Source: an uncultured Gammaproteobacteria bacterium (GTDB lineage: Bacteria; Pseudomonadota; Gammaproteobacteria; JACCXJ01). Taken from it: a stretch of DNA of 64,000 bases. Of the stretch, positions 8,587 through 21,149 are shown one piece after another. The stretch lies in NCBI GenBank assembly GCA_963764725.1, contig CAVXTM010000011.1, forward strand, positions 288,001-352,000, given 5' to 3'. The position numbers were made by a program, and so were the translations under genes. The notes below the pieces were generated by a model. That model did not search any database. It had not been told where the DNA came from and was given only the letters and a program-made list of their open reading frames with translations. Within the stretch, counting starts at the first letter, position 1. Each line of letters opens with the position of its first letter.

Positions 8587-9627
8587 ATGCGCTGGGTGCG
8601 ATATCTTCTGATGGCCGCGGGATCGGTCCTCGCCTTAGCGAGTGAAGGGGCCCAGGTCCGTGGGCTTTACGAGGCGGAGATCCCGACCGCGGGCGGTGAG
8701 CCGGCTGCGAAGACCGAAGCGATGGAAATGGCGCTCCGGGTCGTGCTCGTCAAGCTAACGGGCGATCGAAATGCCGCGCAGCGCGAAGGCGTCGCGAGTC
8801 TATTCAAAGAGCCGCAGGTTTACGTACAACAATACGGATATCAGACCTCCGAGGGCGGGCCCGGGAACGCGGGCAGCGGTGGGCGTGTGCTGGCGGTGAA
8901 ATTCGACGCGAAGACGCTCAGCGGCGCTCTCCGTCGCGCGGGTTTGAATCTTTGGGGACGCGAGCGCCCGCTGGTGCTGGTCGGGGTCTCGCTCGGCTCC
9001 GGCGGAAAACGCGTTATGGTCAGCCGCGACGACGCTTCGGGCTACACGCATGCCATCGAGTATCAAGCCCGGCTGCGCGGCCTACCGATCGTGATGCCGA
9101 TCATGGATGAGCGCGACCGGGCATGGCTGTCCGATCTGCAAACGCTGCCAGCAACGGCTACCGGAGAGGTATCCAACCCCTACGGAGCCGATGCGATCCT
9201 GACGGGCCATCTCGACGAAGTGGCCAGCGGTTTGTGGGAGGCTAGCTGGAGCCTATTCTATGGCGGAGAAGTTCAACGCTGGCTGTCCCAAGGCGATAGC
9301 GCGGAGACGGTGTTGGAGGAAGGCGTCGACCAGGGCACCGACGCTTTGGTCGCGCAATTGAATGCGCAGTTGTTGGAGGAGGTCGTCAAGCTCACCGTGC
9401 ACGGCGTGGCAGCGCTCGACCACTATGCGCAATTACAGCGTTACTTGGAATCGCTCGAAGCGGTCACCCATAGCAGCGTGGTTCGGGTACAACCGAATAG
9501 CGTGGAATTTGCGGTTACCGCTCGTGGCGGCGAAAGGGCGCTCGGCCGCGCCATCGCTCTCGGCAAGTACCTGGAGCCGATGAGTGGGGAACCGGCGCCC
9601 GGGCATTACCGACTACGCCTGGAGTAA
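8587..9627 (+). CDS. DUF2066 domain exported protein
   Basis: Signal peptide, LYEAEIP, VLVKLTG, WGRERP; conserved position divergent from purM and upstream of hda. Confidence 0.85.
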   Translation: MRWVRYLLMAAGSVLALASEGAQVRGLYEAEIPTAGGEPAAKTEAMEMALRVVLVKLTGDRNAAQREGVASLFKEPQVYVQQYGYQTSEGGPGNAGSGGRVLAVKFDAKTLSGALRRAGLNLWGRERPLVLVGVSLGSGGKRVMVSRDDASGYTHAIEYQARLRGLPIVMPIMDERDRAWLSDLQTLPATATGEVSNPYGADAILTGHLDEVASGLWEASWSLFYGGEVQRWLSQGDSAETVLEEGVDQGTDALVAQLNAQLLEEVVKLTVHGVAALDHYAQLQRYLESLEAVTHSSVVRVQPNSVEFAVTARGGERALGRAIALGKYLEPMSGEPAPGHYRLRLE

Positions 9628-9647
9628 ACCTGGGATCGGGCATCTAC

Positions 9648-10343
9648 GTGACGCAGCAGAGACAACTTCCGTTCGTATTCCCCGAGGGCCGGATCCCGAG
9701 CTTCGAGCTTTACTATCCGGGGCCCAATCGCGAGGTTTTCGAACACATCCGGCGGCTCGGCGAGGCGCCGGCGAGCCTCTATTTGTGGGGACCTAGCGGT
9801 ACCGGAAAGACACATCTCCTACAGGCCGCCGGTCATGAGTTTACCGCCTTGGGGCGCCGGGCCTGCTACCTCGCCCTCGCGCAAAACGCGGAGCTATCCC
9901 CAACGATCTTGGAGGGGCTTGAGGATCTGGACTTGGTCTGCATCGACGAGTTGCACAGCGTCGCCGGGAACGGCGAGTGGGAGCGCGCGTTACTTCATTT
10001 GTACGAGCGGTTGCGAGATTTCGGGCGCTGCTGCGTCCTCGCCAGTCTGGAAAGCCCCGGATTCATCAACATCGATCTGCCCGATCTCAAATCGCGGCTC
10101 GCCTGGGGTTTGGTATTTCACCTCCGGCAACTCGACGAGTGTGATAAAATCCGCGCTCTGCAGTGGCGCGCAAAGCTTCGCGGCGCGGATCTTCCCGTTG
10201 AGGTGGCGAAGTATCTTTTGCGGCGCAATTCGCGCGCGATGACGGAGTTATGCCGGGTGCTCGATGAGTTGGATGAGTCATCGCTGGCTATGCAGCGTAG
10301 GCTCACACTACCGTTAATGCGCGCTGTGTTAGATCGTCGATGA
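9648..10343 (+). CDS. hda: DnaA regulatory inactivator Hda
   Basis: N-terminal QLPF clamp-binding motif, LYLWGPSGTGKTHLL, LPDLKSRL.WG. Confidence 0.94.
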   Translation: MTQQRQLPFVFPEGRIPSFELYYPGPNREVFEHIRRLGEAPASLYLWGPSGTGKTHLLQAAGHEFTALGRRACYLALAQNAELSPTILEGLEDLDLVCIDELHSVAGNGEWERALLHLYERLRDFGRCCVLASLESPGFINIDLPDLKSRLAWGLVFHLRQLDECDKIRALQWRAKLRGADLPVEVAKYLLRRNSRAMTELCRVLDELDESSLAMQRRLTLPLMRAVLDRR

Positions 10344-10358
10344 TCACGGAGGCAGGCT

Positions 10359-11099
10359 ATGACAACAACAACGATGGGGCCAGGCAAACAAGCGTGGTCT
10401 TGGTATAAAGCCGGCTGGCGGCTGTTCTTAATCAACCCTTCGACGTGGATTTTGTACACGTTCCTGTGGGTGCTATTGGCGATTATTCTTTGGCAGATCC
10501 CGATTCTCGGCCGCGTCGCTTTGTGGATGATCAATCCCGCGCTTTACGCCGGGTTCCTATACCAAGCCTCAGAAATGGAACAGGGACGACCGCTTGCTGT
10601 GAACCGTTTCTTCATCGGCCTTACCGACAAAACCAAGCGCCTGTCGCTGCTCATGCTGGGCGTCATCACCTTAGCCGCCTACGTTATTATTAATGTCGTG
10701 ACCGTGGTGGATCCGAGTCTGTATTCAACGATTGAGTCGCTATTGCGGGCCGATGCGAGCAGCGGGATCGTGGCGATCGTGATCAATCTACTCTTGCGCT
10801 GCGTGCTCTTGTTCATGATCCTTACCTTAGCGACGATGGCCTTGCTGTACTCCTGTCCAGCGATCATGTTTGCCGGGAGCGATGGGTTTGACGCCATGAT
10901 GAATAGCTTTGAGACCTGCGCGCGTCACTGGCGCGCGTTTGCGGCTTTCATGAGCATCTTCATCGGACTGGCCATCATGGCGATGATTCCCATGGGACTT
11001 GGGTTTTTAGTGCTGATACCGGTCACTTTCTGCGCCGCGTATGCTAGCTTTCGAACGCTGTACGGTTCAGCGCAGCCCGACTCGAACGCACCCGGTTAA
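10359..11099 (+). CDS. BPSS1780-family (DUF2189-like) membrane protein
   Basis: AWSWYKAGWRLF...IPMGLGFLVLIPV...YASFR; about 6 TM helices. Confidence 0.75.
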   Translation: MTTTTMGPGKQAWSWYKAGWRLFLINPSTWILYTFLWVLLAIILWQIPILGRVALWMINPALYAGFLYQASEMEQGRPLAVNRFFIGLTDKTKRLSLLMLGVITLAAYVIINVVTVVDPSLYSTIESLLRADASSGIVAIVINLLLRCVLLFMILTLATMALLYSCPAIMFAGSDGFDAMMNSFETCARHWRAFAAFMSIFIGLAIMAMIPMGLGFLVLIPVTFCAAYASFRTLYGSAQPDSNAPG

Positions 11100-11113
11100 C
11101 AAATATACTTCGC

Positions 11114-11171
11114 GGGCGGGGTATGAACCCCGCCCTTGACCAAAGGGGAGAGCTGCACTTCTCCCCTTTGG
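11114..11171. terminator. Two tandem hairpins between convergent genes (terminator or REP-like)
   Basis: GGGCGGGG-tatgaa-CCCCGCCC and a perfect 12-bp CCAAAGGGGAGA-gctgcact-TCTCCCCTTTGG; no U-tract. Confidence 0.45.
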
Positions 11172-11227
11172 GAACCCCATCGCTAAGGTACCCGCGGCAA
11201 GACCGCGGCGTATGCGATAATTAATAT

Positions 11228-12186
<959 letters not shown>

Positions 12187-12310
12187 GATCCGATCTCCTG
12201 ACGTTTCGCGTTGTTTGCCGTGTCGCGCCTCGAAAGCGAACCGCAATGGTTCGGCACGTGGTCTCCCCTTATACTTTTCGCCCGTTAAGCTAGCGTAAAA
12301 TCGAGCTTAG

Positions 12311-12580
12311 GTGAACACCTGTGTTAAGTGCCTGGTCAGCGGCCGCGTGCAAGGCGTCTATTTTCGGTCCCATACCCGCCACCAGGCGTTGCGGCTCGGA
12401 CTCAGCGGCTGGGTACGGAACGTCTCCAGCGGCCAGGTCGAGGTTCTGGTGTGCGGTCCCGCGGTCGAGGTCGAGAAGCTCATAGCGTGGCTTTGGCAGG
12501 GACCGCGAGAGGCGCGCGTAGCCGACGTTCGGTGCGAAGCGGTATCGACGCCGGCCCCGGCAGGCTTCGTGATCCGCTAA
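12311..12580 (+). CDS. Acylphosphatase
   Basis: VSGRVQGVYFR...GWVRN. Confidence 0.93.
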   Translation: MNTCVKCLVSGRVQGVYFRSHTRHQALRLGLSGWVRNVSSGQVEVLVCGPAVEVEKLIAWLWQGPREARVADVRCEAVSTPAPAGFVIR

Positions 12581-14308
12581 TCAACCGGCGAGACGGGCCT
12601 TGATAAACGGCACGGCCTCGTCGAGCTTGATATGTTGGGCGTGTACATCCCGCCGGCCTTTGTATTCCAGCGTCTCGTTGTCCAACCCGCGTTCGCTAGG
12701 CACCAAGCGATGCGGGATCCCCACCAGATCCAAATCGTTGAACATCACGCCCGGCCGTTCTTTGCGATCGTAGTACAGGACCTCGATACCGGCCGCCAAC
12801 AGCTCGGCATACAGCCGCTCGACCACCTCACCCAAGCGTCCCGAGCGCTGGATATTGATCGGCGCGAGCGCTACTTCGAAAGGTGCGATCGCCTCCGGCC
12901 AGATGATGCCGCGTTCATCGTGATTCTGCTCGATTGCCGCGGCCACGATCCGCGATACACCAATACCATAGCACCCCATGATCAAGGTCACCGCCTCGCC
13001 GTTTTCGTCGAGGCAAGTGGCTTTCATCGTCCGGCTGTACTTGTCGCCTAGCTGAAATATGTGACCGATCTCGATGCCTCTCGCGATAGTCAAGGTTCCC
13101 TGGCCGTCCGGGCCGGGGTCGCCGTCTACTACCTTGCGGAGATCCCAGACTTGTGGCGGCAACTGCTGGTCGCGGCCCCAGTTGACGCCCTTCAGATGGT
13201 AGCCGTCTTCGTTGGCGCCGCAGACGAAATCACTCATGCAGGCGGCCGAGCGGTCGGCGATGATGCCCATGTCCGGTGGTGTGTGTTGCAGGTTCACCGG
13301 GCCGAGGTAGCCGGGACGGCAGCCCAGATAGCCTTGGATCTCCTCGTCGCTGGCGAAGCGGAAGGCGCCGATCTGTTTGCGGGCCTTGGCCTCGTTGAGC
13401 TCGTGGTCGCCCCGCAGCAACAGTAGACAGAGTTCCTTGCCTTGACCGGAATTGAGCATCACGGCGATGGTTTTCAGTATCCTTTCCGGTGGCAGGCCCA
13501 GAAAGTCGCTGACTTCGGCGATGCTCGTCCTGCCCGGCGTGGCGACTGTTTTCATATCTTCATTGGGATGTGGGCGCGTCGTGGCAGGCGCCAGGGCCTC
13601 CGCCAGCTCGACATTGGCGGCGTAGTCAGAATGCGGGCAGAATGCGATCGCATCCTCGCCCGCTTCGGCCAGGACGTGAAATTCATGAGACAGGTTGCCG
13701 CCGATGTTGCCAGTATCCGCCAACACGGCGCGAAATCTAAGCCCCATGCGGGTGAAGATTCGGGTGTAGGTCTCGTACATCCGGTCATAGGTCGCTTGCA
13801 ACGAGCTTTGATCAAGGTGAAAGGAATAAGCGTCCTTCATCAAAAACTCGCGCGCCCGCATGATGCCGAAACGCGGCCGCACCTCGTCGCGGAACTTGGT
13901 CTGGATCTGGTAGAAGTTCGCGGGCAGTTGCTTATAGCTACGGATCTCCCGGCGCACCAGATCCGTGATGACTTCTTCATGGGTCGGACCGAGACAAAAC
14001 TCGCGTTCATGCCGATCCCGGAAGCGCAGAAGCTCCGGGCCATAGTGCTGCCAACGGTGCGATTCCTCCCACAGCTCCGCCGGTTGCACACCGGGTAGCA
14101 AGACCTCTTGGGCACCGGCGCGATCCATCTCTTCGCGGATGATGCATTCCACCTTGCGCAGAACGCGCAATCCGAGTGGAAGCCAGGTGTAAATCCCCGC
14201 CGCGAGCCGGCGGACCATACCCGCCCTCAGCATGAGATGATGGCTGATAATCTCGGCGTCGGCGGGGGATTCCCTCACGGTCGGGAGTAAAAACTGCGAG
14301 ATCCGCAT
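12581..14308 (-). CDS. proS: Proline--tRNA ligase
   Basis: [43 protein letters not shown]. Confidence 0.98.
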   Translation of the reverse strand: MRISQFLLPTVRESPADAEIISHHLMLRAGMVRRLAAGIYTWLPLGLRVLRKVECIIREEMDRAGAQEVLLPGVQPAELWEESHRWQHYGPELLRFRDRHEREFCLGPTHEEVITDLVRREIRSYKQLPANFYQIQTKFRDEVRPRFGIMRAREFLMKDAYSFHLDQSSLQATYDRMYETYTRIFTRMGLRFRAVLADTGNIGGNLSHEFHVLAEAGEDAIAFCPHSDYAANVELAEALAPATTRPHPNEDMKTVATPGRTSIAEVSDFLGLPPERILKTIAVMLNSGQGKELCLLLLRGDHELNEAKARKQIGAFRFASDEEIQGYLGCRPGYLGPVNLQHTPPDMGIIADRSAACMSDFVCGANEDGYHLKGVNWGRDQQLPPQVWDLRKVVDGDPGPDGQGTLTIARGIEIGHIFQLGDKYSRTMKATCLDENGEAVTLIMGCYGIGVSRIVAAAIEQNHDERGIIWPEAIAPFEVALAPINIQRSGRLGEVVERLYAELLAAGIEVLYYDRKERPGVMFNDLDLVGIPHRLVPSERGLDNETLEYKGRRDVHAQHIKLDEAVPFIKARLAG

Positions 14309-14394
14309 TGTGGTGCTCTCCTAGCGTTGCCGGATTAGTTTCAGGCGGGTCGGCAACGCCCTTTGAGCCGCGCATTCTACACCATTGCAGCGGC

Positions 14395-14423
14395 TTGACC
14401 TGATTCGCAAATGCCAGTAGCTT
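14395..14423 (+). promoter_or_regulatory. Sigma-70 promoter of the ilv operon
   Basis: TTGACC-N17-TAGCTT, 31 bp upstream of the start codon. Confidence 0.5.
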
Positions 14424-14454
14424 CTCATCTTTCAAGGTCCCGAAAGGTATAGAC

Positions 14455-16173
14455 GTGACAGAAAAATTACGCGGGGCGGACATCTTCGTACGCTGCCTCA
14501 AAGACGAGGGGGTCGATTACATTTTCGGCTATCCCGGCGGGGCCGTGCTCCATATCTATGACGCGTTGTATAAGCAGGACGCCGTCAAGCACATCCTCGT
14601 GCGGCACGAGCAAGGGGCCACCCACGCCGCGGACGGTTTTGCGCGGGCCACCGGCAGGCCGGGTGTGGTCTTGGTAACCTCGGGTCCCGGCGTGACCAAC
14701 ACCATCACCGGGATCGCCACGGCCTACATGGACTCGATCCCGCTGGTCGTATTCACCGGTCAGGTGCCGACCCATCTCATCGGCAATGACGCTTTTCAAG
14801 AAGTCGATGCGATCGGTATCACGCGTCCGTGCGTCAAGCACAATTTCCTGGTCGAAAACGTCAACGACCTCGCGAGCGTAATCAAGAAGGCGTTTTACAT
14901 CGCCACCACGGGCCGCCCCGGTCCGGTGGTCGTGGATATTCCGAAGGACGTCACCGCCGACCTGGCCGAGTACCATTACCCGGAAACGGTCGAAATGCGT
15001 TCCTACAAACCGGTCACTAAGGGTCATCCGGGCCAGATCAAGAAGGCTGTGGTGCTTATCCTCGCGGCCAAGCGCCCAATGATTTACACCGGCGGCGGTG
15101 TCGTGCTCGACAACGCCGCAGGGGAGCTCATCGAGTTTACGCGCCATCTCGGCTATCCGATCACCAACACCTTGATGGGGCTTGGCGCCTACCCGGGAAC
15201 GGATCCGCAGTTCATCGGCATGCTCGGGATGCACGGCACCTACGAGGCCAACATGGCGATGCACCACTGCGACGTGCTCATCGCCATCGGCGCGCGCTTC
15301 GATGACCGCGTCACGGGCGATCTCAAGCATTTTTGCCCGGAGGCCAAGATCGTCCATATCGACGTCGATCCCTCGTCGATCGCGAAGAACGTACCGGTCG
15401 CCGTACCGATCGTCGGCGGCGCGGGCAGTGTCTTGCGCGATTTAATCAAGGCGCTGCGCGAAAGCGGCGCGAAACCGGATCAGGGCGTGCTAGCGGCGTG
15501 GTGGGGACAAATTAAAGAATGGCAGGCCGTCGATTGCCTGTGTTACGACCGCACCACCGAGGTCATCAAACCCCAGTATGTCATCGAGCAGCTCTATGAG
15601 CTCTCCGGCGGCGATGCGTATATCACTTCCGATGTCGGCCAACACCAGATGTGGGCAGCGCAGTTTTATAAGTTCGACCAACCCCGGCGGTGGATCAACT
15701 CCGGAGGGCTCGGCACCATGGGGTTCGGCTTGCCGGCGGCCTTGGGCGTGCAGATCGCGTTCCCCGAGCATCTCGTAGCCTGCATCACGGGCGAGGCCAG
15801 CTTGGTAATGTGCATCCAGGAGCTCTCGACCTGCCTACAGTACGGGCTGCCCATTAAAATCATCAATCTTAACAATCGCTACATGGGAATGGTCCGGCAG
15901 TGGCAAGAATTCTTCTACGATAGGCGCTACTCGCACTCGTATATGGATGCCTTGCCCGATTTCGTCAAACTGGCGGAGAGCTTCGGGCACGTCGGGATGC
16001 GGATTGAAAAGACGGGTAGCGTGCGACCGGCTCTCAAGGAAGCGCTGGGGATGAAAGAGCGCCTGGTGCTGATGGATTTCATTACGGACCAGACCGAAAA
16101 CGTCTACCCCATGATTGCCGCGGGTAAAGGTCACCATGAAATGCATCTGTCGCCGGAAAGGGAATTGGCTTAG
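14455..16173 (+). CDS. ilvI: Acetolactate synthase III large subunit
   Basis: [38 protein letters not shown]. Confidence 0.96.
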   Translation: MTEKLRGADIFVRCLKDEGVDYIFGYPGGAVLHIYDALYKQDAVKHILVRHEQGATHAADGFARATGRPGVVLVTSGPGVTNTITGIATAYMDSIPLVVFTGQVPTHLIGNDAFQEVDAIGITRPCVKHNFLVENVNDLASVIKKAFYIATTGRPGPVVVDIPKDVTADLAEYHYPETVEMRSYKPVTKGHPGQIKKAVVLILAAKRPMIYTGGGVVLDNAAGELIEFTRHLGYPITNTLMGLGAYPGTDPQFIGMLGMHGTYEANMAMHHCDVLIAIGARFDDRVTGDLKHFCPEAKIVHIDVDPSSIAKNVPVAVPIVGGAGSVLRDLIKALRESGAKPDQGVLAAWWGQIKEWQAVDCLCYDRTTEVIKPQYVIEQLYELSGGDAYITSDVGQHQMWAAQFYKFDQPRRWINSGGLGTMGFGLPAALGVQIAFPEHLVACITGEASLVMCIQELSTCLQYGLPIKIINLNNRYMGMVRQWQEFFYDRRYSHSYMDALPDFVKLAESFGHVGMRIEKTGSVRPALKEALGMKERLVLMDFITDQTENVYPMIAAGKGHHEMHLSPERELA

Positions 16174-16175
16174 AG

Positions 16176-17707
<1,532 letters not shown>

Positions 17708-17764
17708 GCCATTAAGGAGGCGGAAAGGTGTACAGATGGCCAGCTCGATGCTGCTAAGAGGGGT

Positions 17765-18550
17765 TTGATCGTGCTCAACATCGGACACAATGCGAAGACC
17801 CCGCGCCGGCGCGGTCTGTATCTGTTGCCGAACCTCTTCACCACCGCGGCGCTGTTTGCCGGCTTCTACGCCATCGTCGCCGCCATCAAGGGAGGCTTTC
17901 ACGAGGCGGCGGTGTCAATCTTCGTCGCCATGTTGCTCGATGGACTCGATGGCCGCGTGGCGCGCCTCACCAACACGGAAACCGATTTCGGGGCGGAATA
18001 CGATAGCTTGTCGGACATGGTTTCCTTTGGCGTGGCCCCGGCGCTCGTCATGTATCAATGGTCTCTGCTCGCCTTGGACAAACTGGGGTGGCTCGCAGCA
18101 TTCGTTTACACCTCGGCCGCCGCGCTCCGGCTAGCGCGCTTTAACACCCAGGCGGGCACGGCCGACAAACAATACTTTCAGGGTCTGCCCAGCCCTTCGG
18201 CGGCGGCCTTATTGGCCGGGTTGGTGTGGGTCGGCGCGGACAGTGGACTGACCGACGGTAGATTCCTGGCGCCTCTGACGCTGTTATTGACGGTGGCGGC
18301 GGCGGGCCTCATGGTCAGCAACGTTCGCTACCATAGTTTGAAGACCATCGATTTCAGAGGCCGCGTCCCCTTCGTGCGGGGCCTACTCGTGGTTCTGATC
18401 TTCGTGCTCGTGTCCCTGTCGCCACCCGTTTCGCTTTTCGTAGCCTTCTTGATTTACGCGTCCACGGGTCCGGTGATCACGCTGTTACAAATCCGCCGCA
18501 AACGCGCCGCGCGTCGCGGCTCCAGCGAGGGGCCGAACCCCGAGGCGTAA
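17765..18550 (+). CDS. pssA: CDP-diacylglycerol--serine O-phosphatidyltransferase
   Basis: LPNLFTT, DGLDGRVAR...FGAEYDSLSD, RLARFN; ilvC-pssA-leuA synteny. Confidence 0.95.
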   Translation: MIVLNIGHNAKTPRRRGLYLLPNLFTTAALFAGFYAIVAAIKGGFHEAAVSIFVAMLLDGLDGRVARLTNTETDFGAEYDSLSDMVSFGVAPALVMYQWSLLALDKLGWLAAFVYTSAAALRLARFNTQAGTADKQYFQGLPSPSAAALLAGLVWVGADSGLTDGRFLAPLTLLLTVAAAGLMVSNVRYHSLKTIDFRGRVPFVRGLLVVLIFVLVSLSPPVSLFVAFLIYASTGPVITLLQIRRKRAARRGSSEGPNPEA

Positions 18551-18569
18551 GCTGTTGTTTTTTGCCAAC
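18497..18569 (+). repeat. Direct repeat, left copy (pssA 3' end and downstream)
   Basis: CGCAAACGCGCCGCGCGTCGCGGCTCC...CGAGGGGCCGAACCCCGAGGCGTAAGCTGTTGT...CCAAC, near-identical to 22841-22914. Confidence 0.95.
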
Positions 18570-19375
18570 TACTGCAGCGCGACGGGTTGAAAGGCGCAGA
18601 CTTGTCTCAGATTGCGCAAGTGCGCTTCAATCTGCTGCATGCGATTCTCGGGCGCCGGATGAGTGCTGGCGAACTCGGGCGCGCGCGATGCGCCGCCGCT
18701 TGCTTCAGCAAGAATTTTCATCACATCGAGCAACGCGGTCGGATCGTAGCCGGCGCCTTTAAGGAAGCACATACCGAATTTGTCCGCTTCGAGCTCATCC
18801 TCGCGACCATATTTCATGTTGATCAGGCCGCCGACCATGCGGGCGACTTGAGCCATTTCGTACGAGCCCGCGCCCATCACCACCGCGCCGGTGAGTCCTT
18901 GCGTCAATTCTTGTTTGGCGATGTGCTCGGCGGAATGGCGGCCGATCACATGGCCGATTTCGTGGCCTAGCACACCCGCCAATTGATCTTCAGTCTTCAA
19001 GCGCGAGAGCAGTGCGACGGTGATGAAAATCTGCCCGCCGGGCAGCGCGAACGCGTTCACGGTTTTGTCGTCCGCCAGCACATGAAAATCGAACGGATAG
19101 CCGCTCTGCGCCGCGATGCTTTGCGCGACGATTTTCCTGCCTAGCGCTTTCACGCTTTGTTGTACGCGTTCATCAGGATATACGCCGCCGAACTGTGCTG
19201 CCATCTCCGGCGCGGACTGCAATCCCATGGCGATTTCTTGATCCTGGGTCAGGCTAACGCGCTGCGATTCGCCGGTGATCGGATTGACCGAAGTCTTGCT
19301 GAAATACGAAAGAACGGAAAAACCCGCGATCACCAACATGATGATCAGGCGCATTTTCCACATGCCGCGATTCAT
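18569..19375 (-). CDS. M48 family Zn metallopeptidase
   Basis: VNAFALPGG, HEIGH (HEXXH), ELEAD, STHP; N-terminal TM; start reassigned to 19375. Confidence 0.92.
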   Translation of the reverse strand: MNRGMWKMRLIIMLVIAGFSVLSYFSKTSVNPITGESQRVSLTQDQEIAMGLQSAPEMAAQFGGVYPDERVQQSVKALGRKIVAQSIAAQSGYPFDFHVLADDKTVNAFALPGGQIFITVALLSRLKTEDQLAGVLGHEIGHVIGRHSAEHIAKQELTQGLTGAVVMGAGSYEMAQVARMVGGLINMKYGREDELEADKFGMCFLKGAGYDPTALLDVMKILAEASGGASRAPEFASTHPAPENRMQQIEAHLRNLRQVCAFQPVALQ

Positions 19376-19386
19376 AGCGAGCTTGC

Positions 19387-19881
19387 TTAGACGTGAACAT
19401 GCTCGAAGCGGTCGCGCTCCAGCGCCTCGTAAACGCCGCCGGCGACCGCGCCGAAGATGACGTGCGACAGCGCCATGATCCAGCCGCGCAGCGGCGCGAG
19501 CCACGGAAACGCGTCCGCTACCGAATAGTAATTGATCGCATAAAGCGCCAAACCAAATAACGCACCGCCGACAATGCCGACCAGAATTCCCCAGCGATGC
19601 AGACAGAATGCGATCAAGCACGCGAACCCGATGGCCAGCAGCATGTGCAGCATGAAGCCGACCGCGTAGACGCTCCCGCCCACGCCTGCGGCAGGCGGTA
19701 GCACGCCCGGCCCCAGAACGACCGCGGCGGAAAGTTGCAGCGGCAAATTGGCGTTACCCAAGTAGTAACTGGCGAGCCACATGTTCAACAGCACGAATAC
19801 GACGCCGGCAACGATGCCGGCGATGATCGCGGCGCGCCAGTCCATCATTTGTCGAAGTATGGTTGTTCGCTTGGTTTGCAT
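19387..19881 (-). CDS. Hypothetical 4-TM membrane protein
   Basis: Four hydrophobic segments (DWRAAIIAGIVAG...H...GALFGLALYAINYY...HVIFG); start approximate. Confidence 0.75.
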   Translation of the reverse strand: MQTKRTTILRQMMDWRAAIIAGIVAGVVFVLLNMWLASYYLGNANLPLQLSAAVVLGPGVLPPAAGVGGSVYAVGFMLHMLLAIGFACLIAFCLHRWGILVGIVGGALFGLALYAINYYSVADAFPWLAPLRGWIMALSHVIFGAVAGGVYEALERDRFEHVHV

Positions 19882-20014
19882 ACGTTGCCCATCGGGCGAA
19901 TCAGCGGCACGAGAAGCATAGCGCATTTAGATTGATCATGACACCGGCGCCGTAGGGCAATCGCCACGGATACCGACTCTGTGGGCTTGCTCAGTCTCTG
20001 GGAGAACCTACGCT

Positions 20015-21145
20015 TTAACGGGCGGGTTTTGGTTTCGGCACCTCGGTTCCCTGTCCGAGTGGTACAGCGCTCCCGCGATCTGGATCTCCCCGCACGACGG
20101 CCGCGGAGTACGCCTGCGACAGGAAGAGCCGTGGTTCGCCACCGCCGTCCGCCGGCACCACCCACTGGTCCATGATGGCTGGGCGCTCCGCTCCGCCGGG
20201 CAGGGCGTAGAGCACCTGTTCGTCATCGAGCCACTGCACCTGGTCGTCCACGCTCCGGGTTTCGGCGAGCGGGTGCCGCCGCCGGGAATCGAGGTCCAGT
20301 ACCCACAGCCGCCAGGTGATCGGACCGATGAGGCCGCCGTCGCGGTGCTTGAATGCGACGCGCCGGCCGTCGGGCGACAGCGACGGGCATTCGACGCTGT
20401 CTTCGATTACCTCGACGGTGCGCGCGTCGACGTCGCCGGTCACCAGCAAGGTCTCGCCGCCCGTGCCGAGTGTCGCGTAGAACCTGCGGGCGCCGGGAAT
20501 AAAGGTCACGCCCCAGAAGTTGAAGTCCGCCGCGTGCATCGGCTGATCTTGGCGACGGACGGTGAATGTCTCCAAGTCCTCCACCAGCCACTGTCGGGTG
20601 TCGAGGTCGATGATCGAGGTCCGGGTCGAGAATCCGACCGTCGCGTAGGAATGCCCGGTGACGAAGACGGTGGTGGCGGCCAGCGTCCCATCCGGCGCCA
20701 ACTGCAGGCGGCTGGGCGCACCGACCAGGCGTAGTTTGGCCACCGGATTGAAGGTCCGATCGAACAGCACGGCCCCATAGGTCGTGAAGACGCCACGGTC
20801 TGCCGTGAGGCACACGCCCCGGCCGGCGGCCATGTGTACGCGCTCGCAGCGCAGCCTCGCCACGAACCGTGGCGCCGCCGGATCGGACAGCGGCGCGATG
20901 CCGAGCACGCCGTTGTGCTCATCGATCGAGGTGTGCCTGAACACCAGGAGCGGCCCGGCTGGTGAGGACTCGCCGGGCGAGAGGAAGGGCGTCGGGTCGG
21001 AGACGGGCGTTTGCCGAGACCCGGGAAACGGCTGCGGGCCGAGAGCAGCCGGCGACGCTCGTTGCGCGGCGCAGCGGACATAAGCCCCGGCGCCTCCCAG
21101 GCAGAACGCCACGATCACGGCAAAAAGCAACGCTCGGCGCGACAT
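20015..21145 (-). CDS. TolB-like beta-propeller exported protein
   Basis: Signal peptide/TM, PD40-like repeats (LAPDG, ECPSLSPDGRRVAFK), RSVDDQVQWLD. Confidence 0.78.
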   Translation of the reverse strand: MSRRALLFAVIVAFCLGGAGAYVRCAAQRASPAALGPQPFPGSRQTPVSDPTPFLSPGESSPAGPLLVFRHTSIDEHNGVLGIAPLSDPAAPRFVARLRCERVHMAAGRGVCLTADRGVFTTYGAVLFDRTFNPVAKLRLVGAPSRLQLAPDGTLAATTVFVTGHSYATVGFSTRTSIIDLDTRQWLVEDLETFTVRRQDQPMHAADFNFWGVTFIPGARRFYATLGTGGETLLVTGDVDARTVEVIEDSVECPSLSPDGRRVAFKHRDGGLIGPITWRLWVLDLDSRRRHPLAETRSVDDQVQWLDDEQVLYALPGGAERPAIMDQWVVPADGGGEPRLFLSQAYSAAVVRGDPDRGSAVPLGQGTEVPKPKPAR

Positions 21146-21149
21146 GCGA

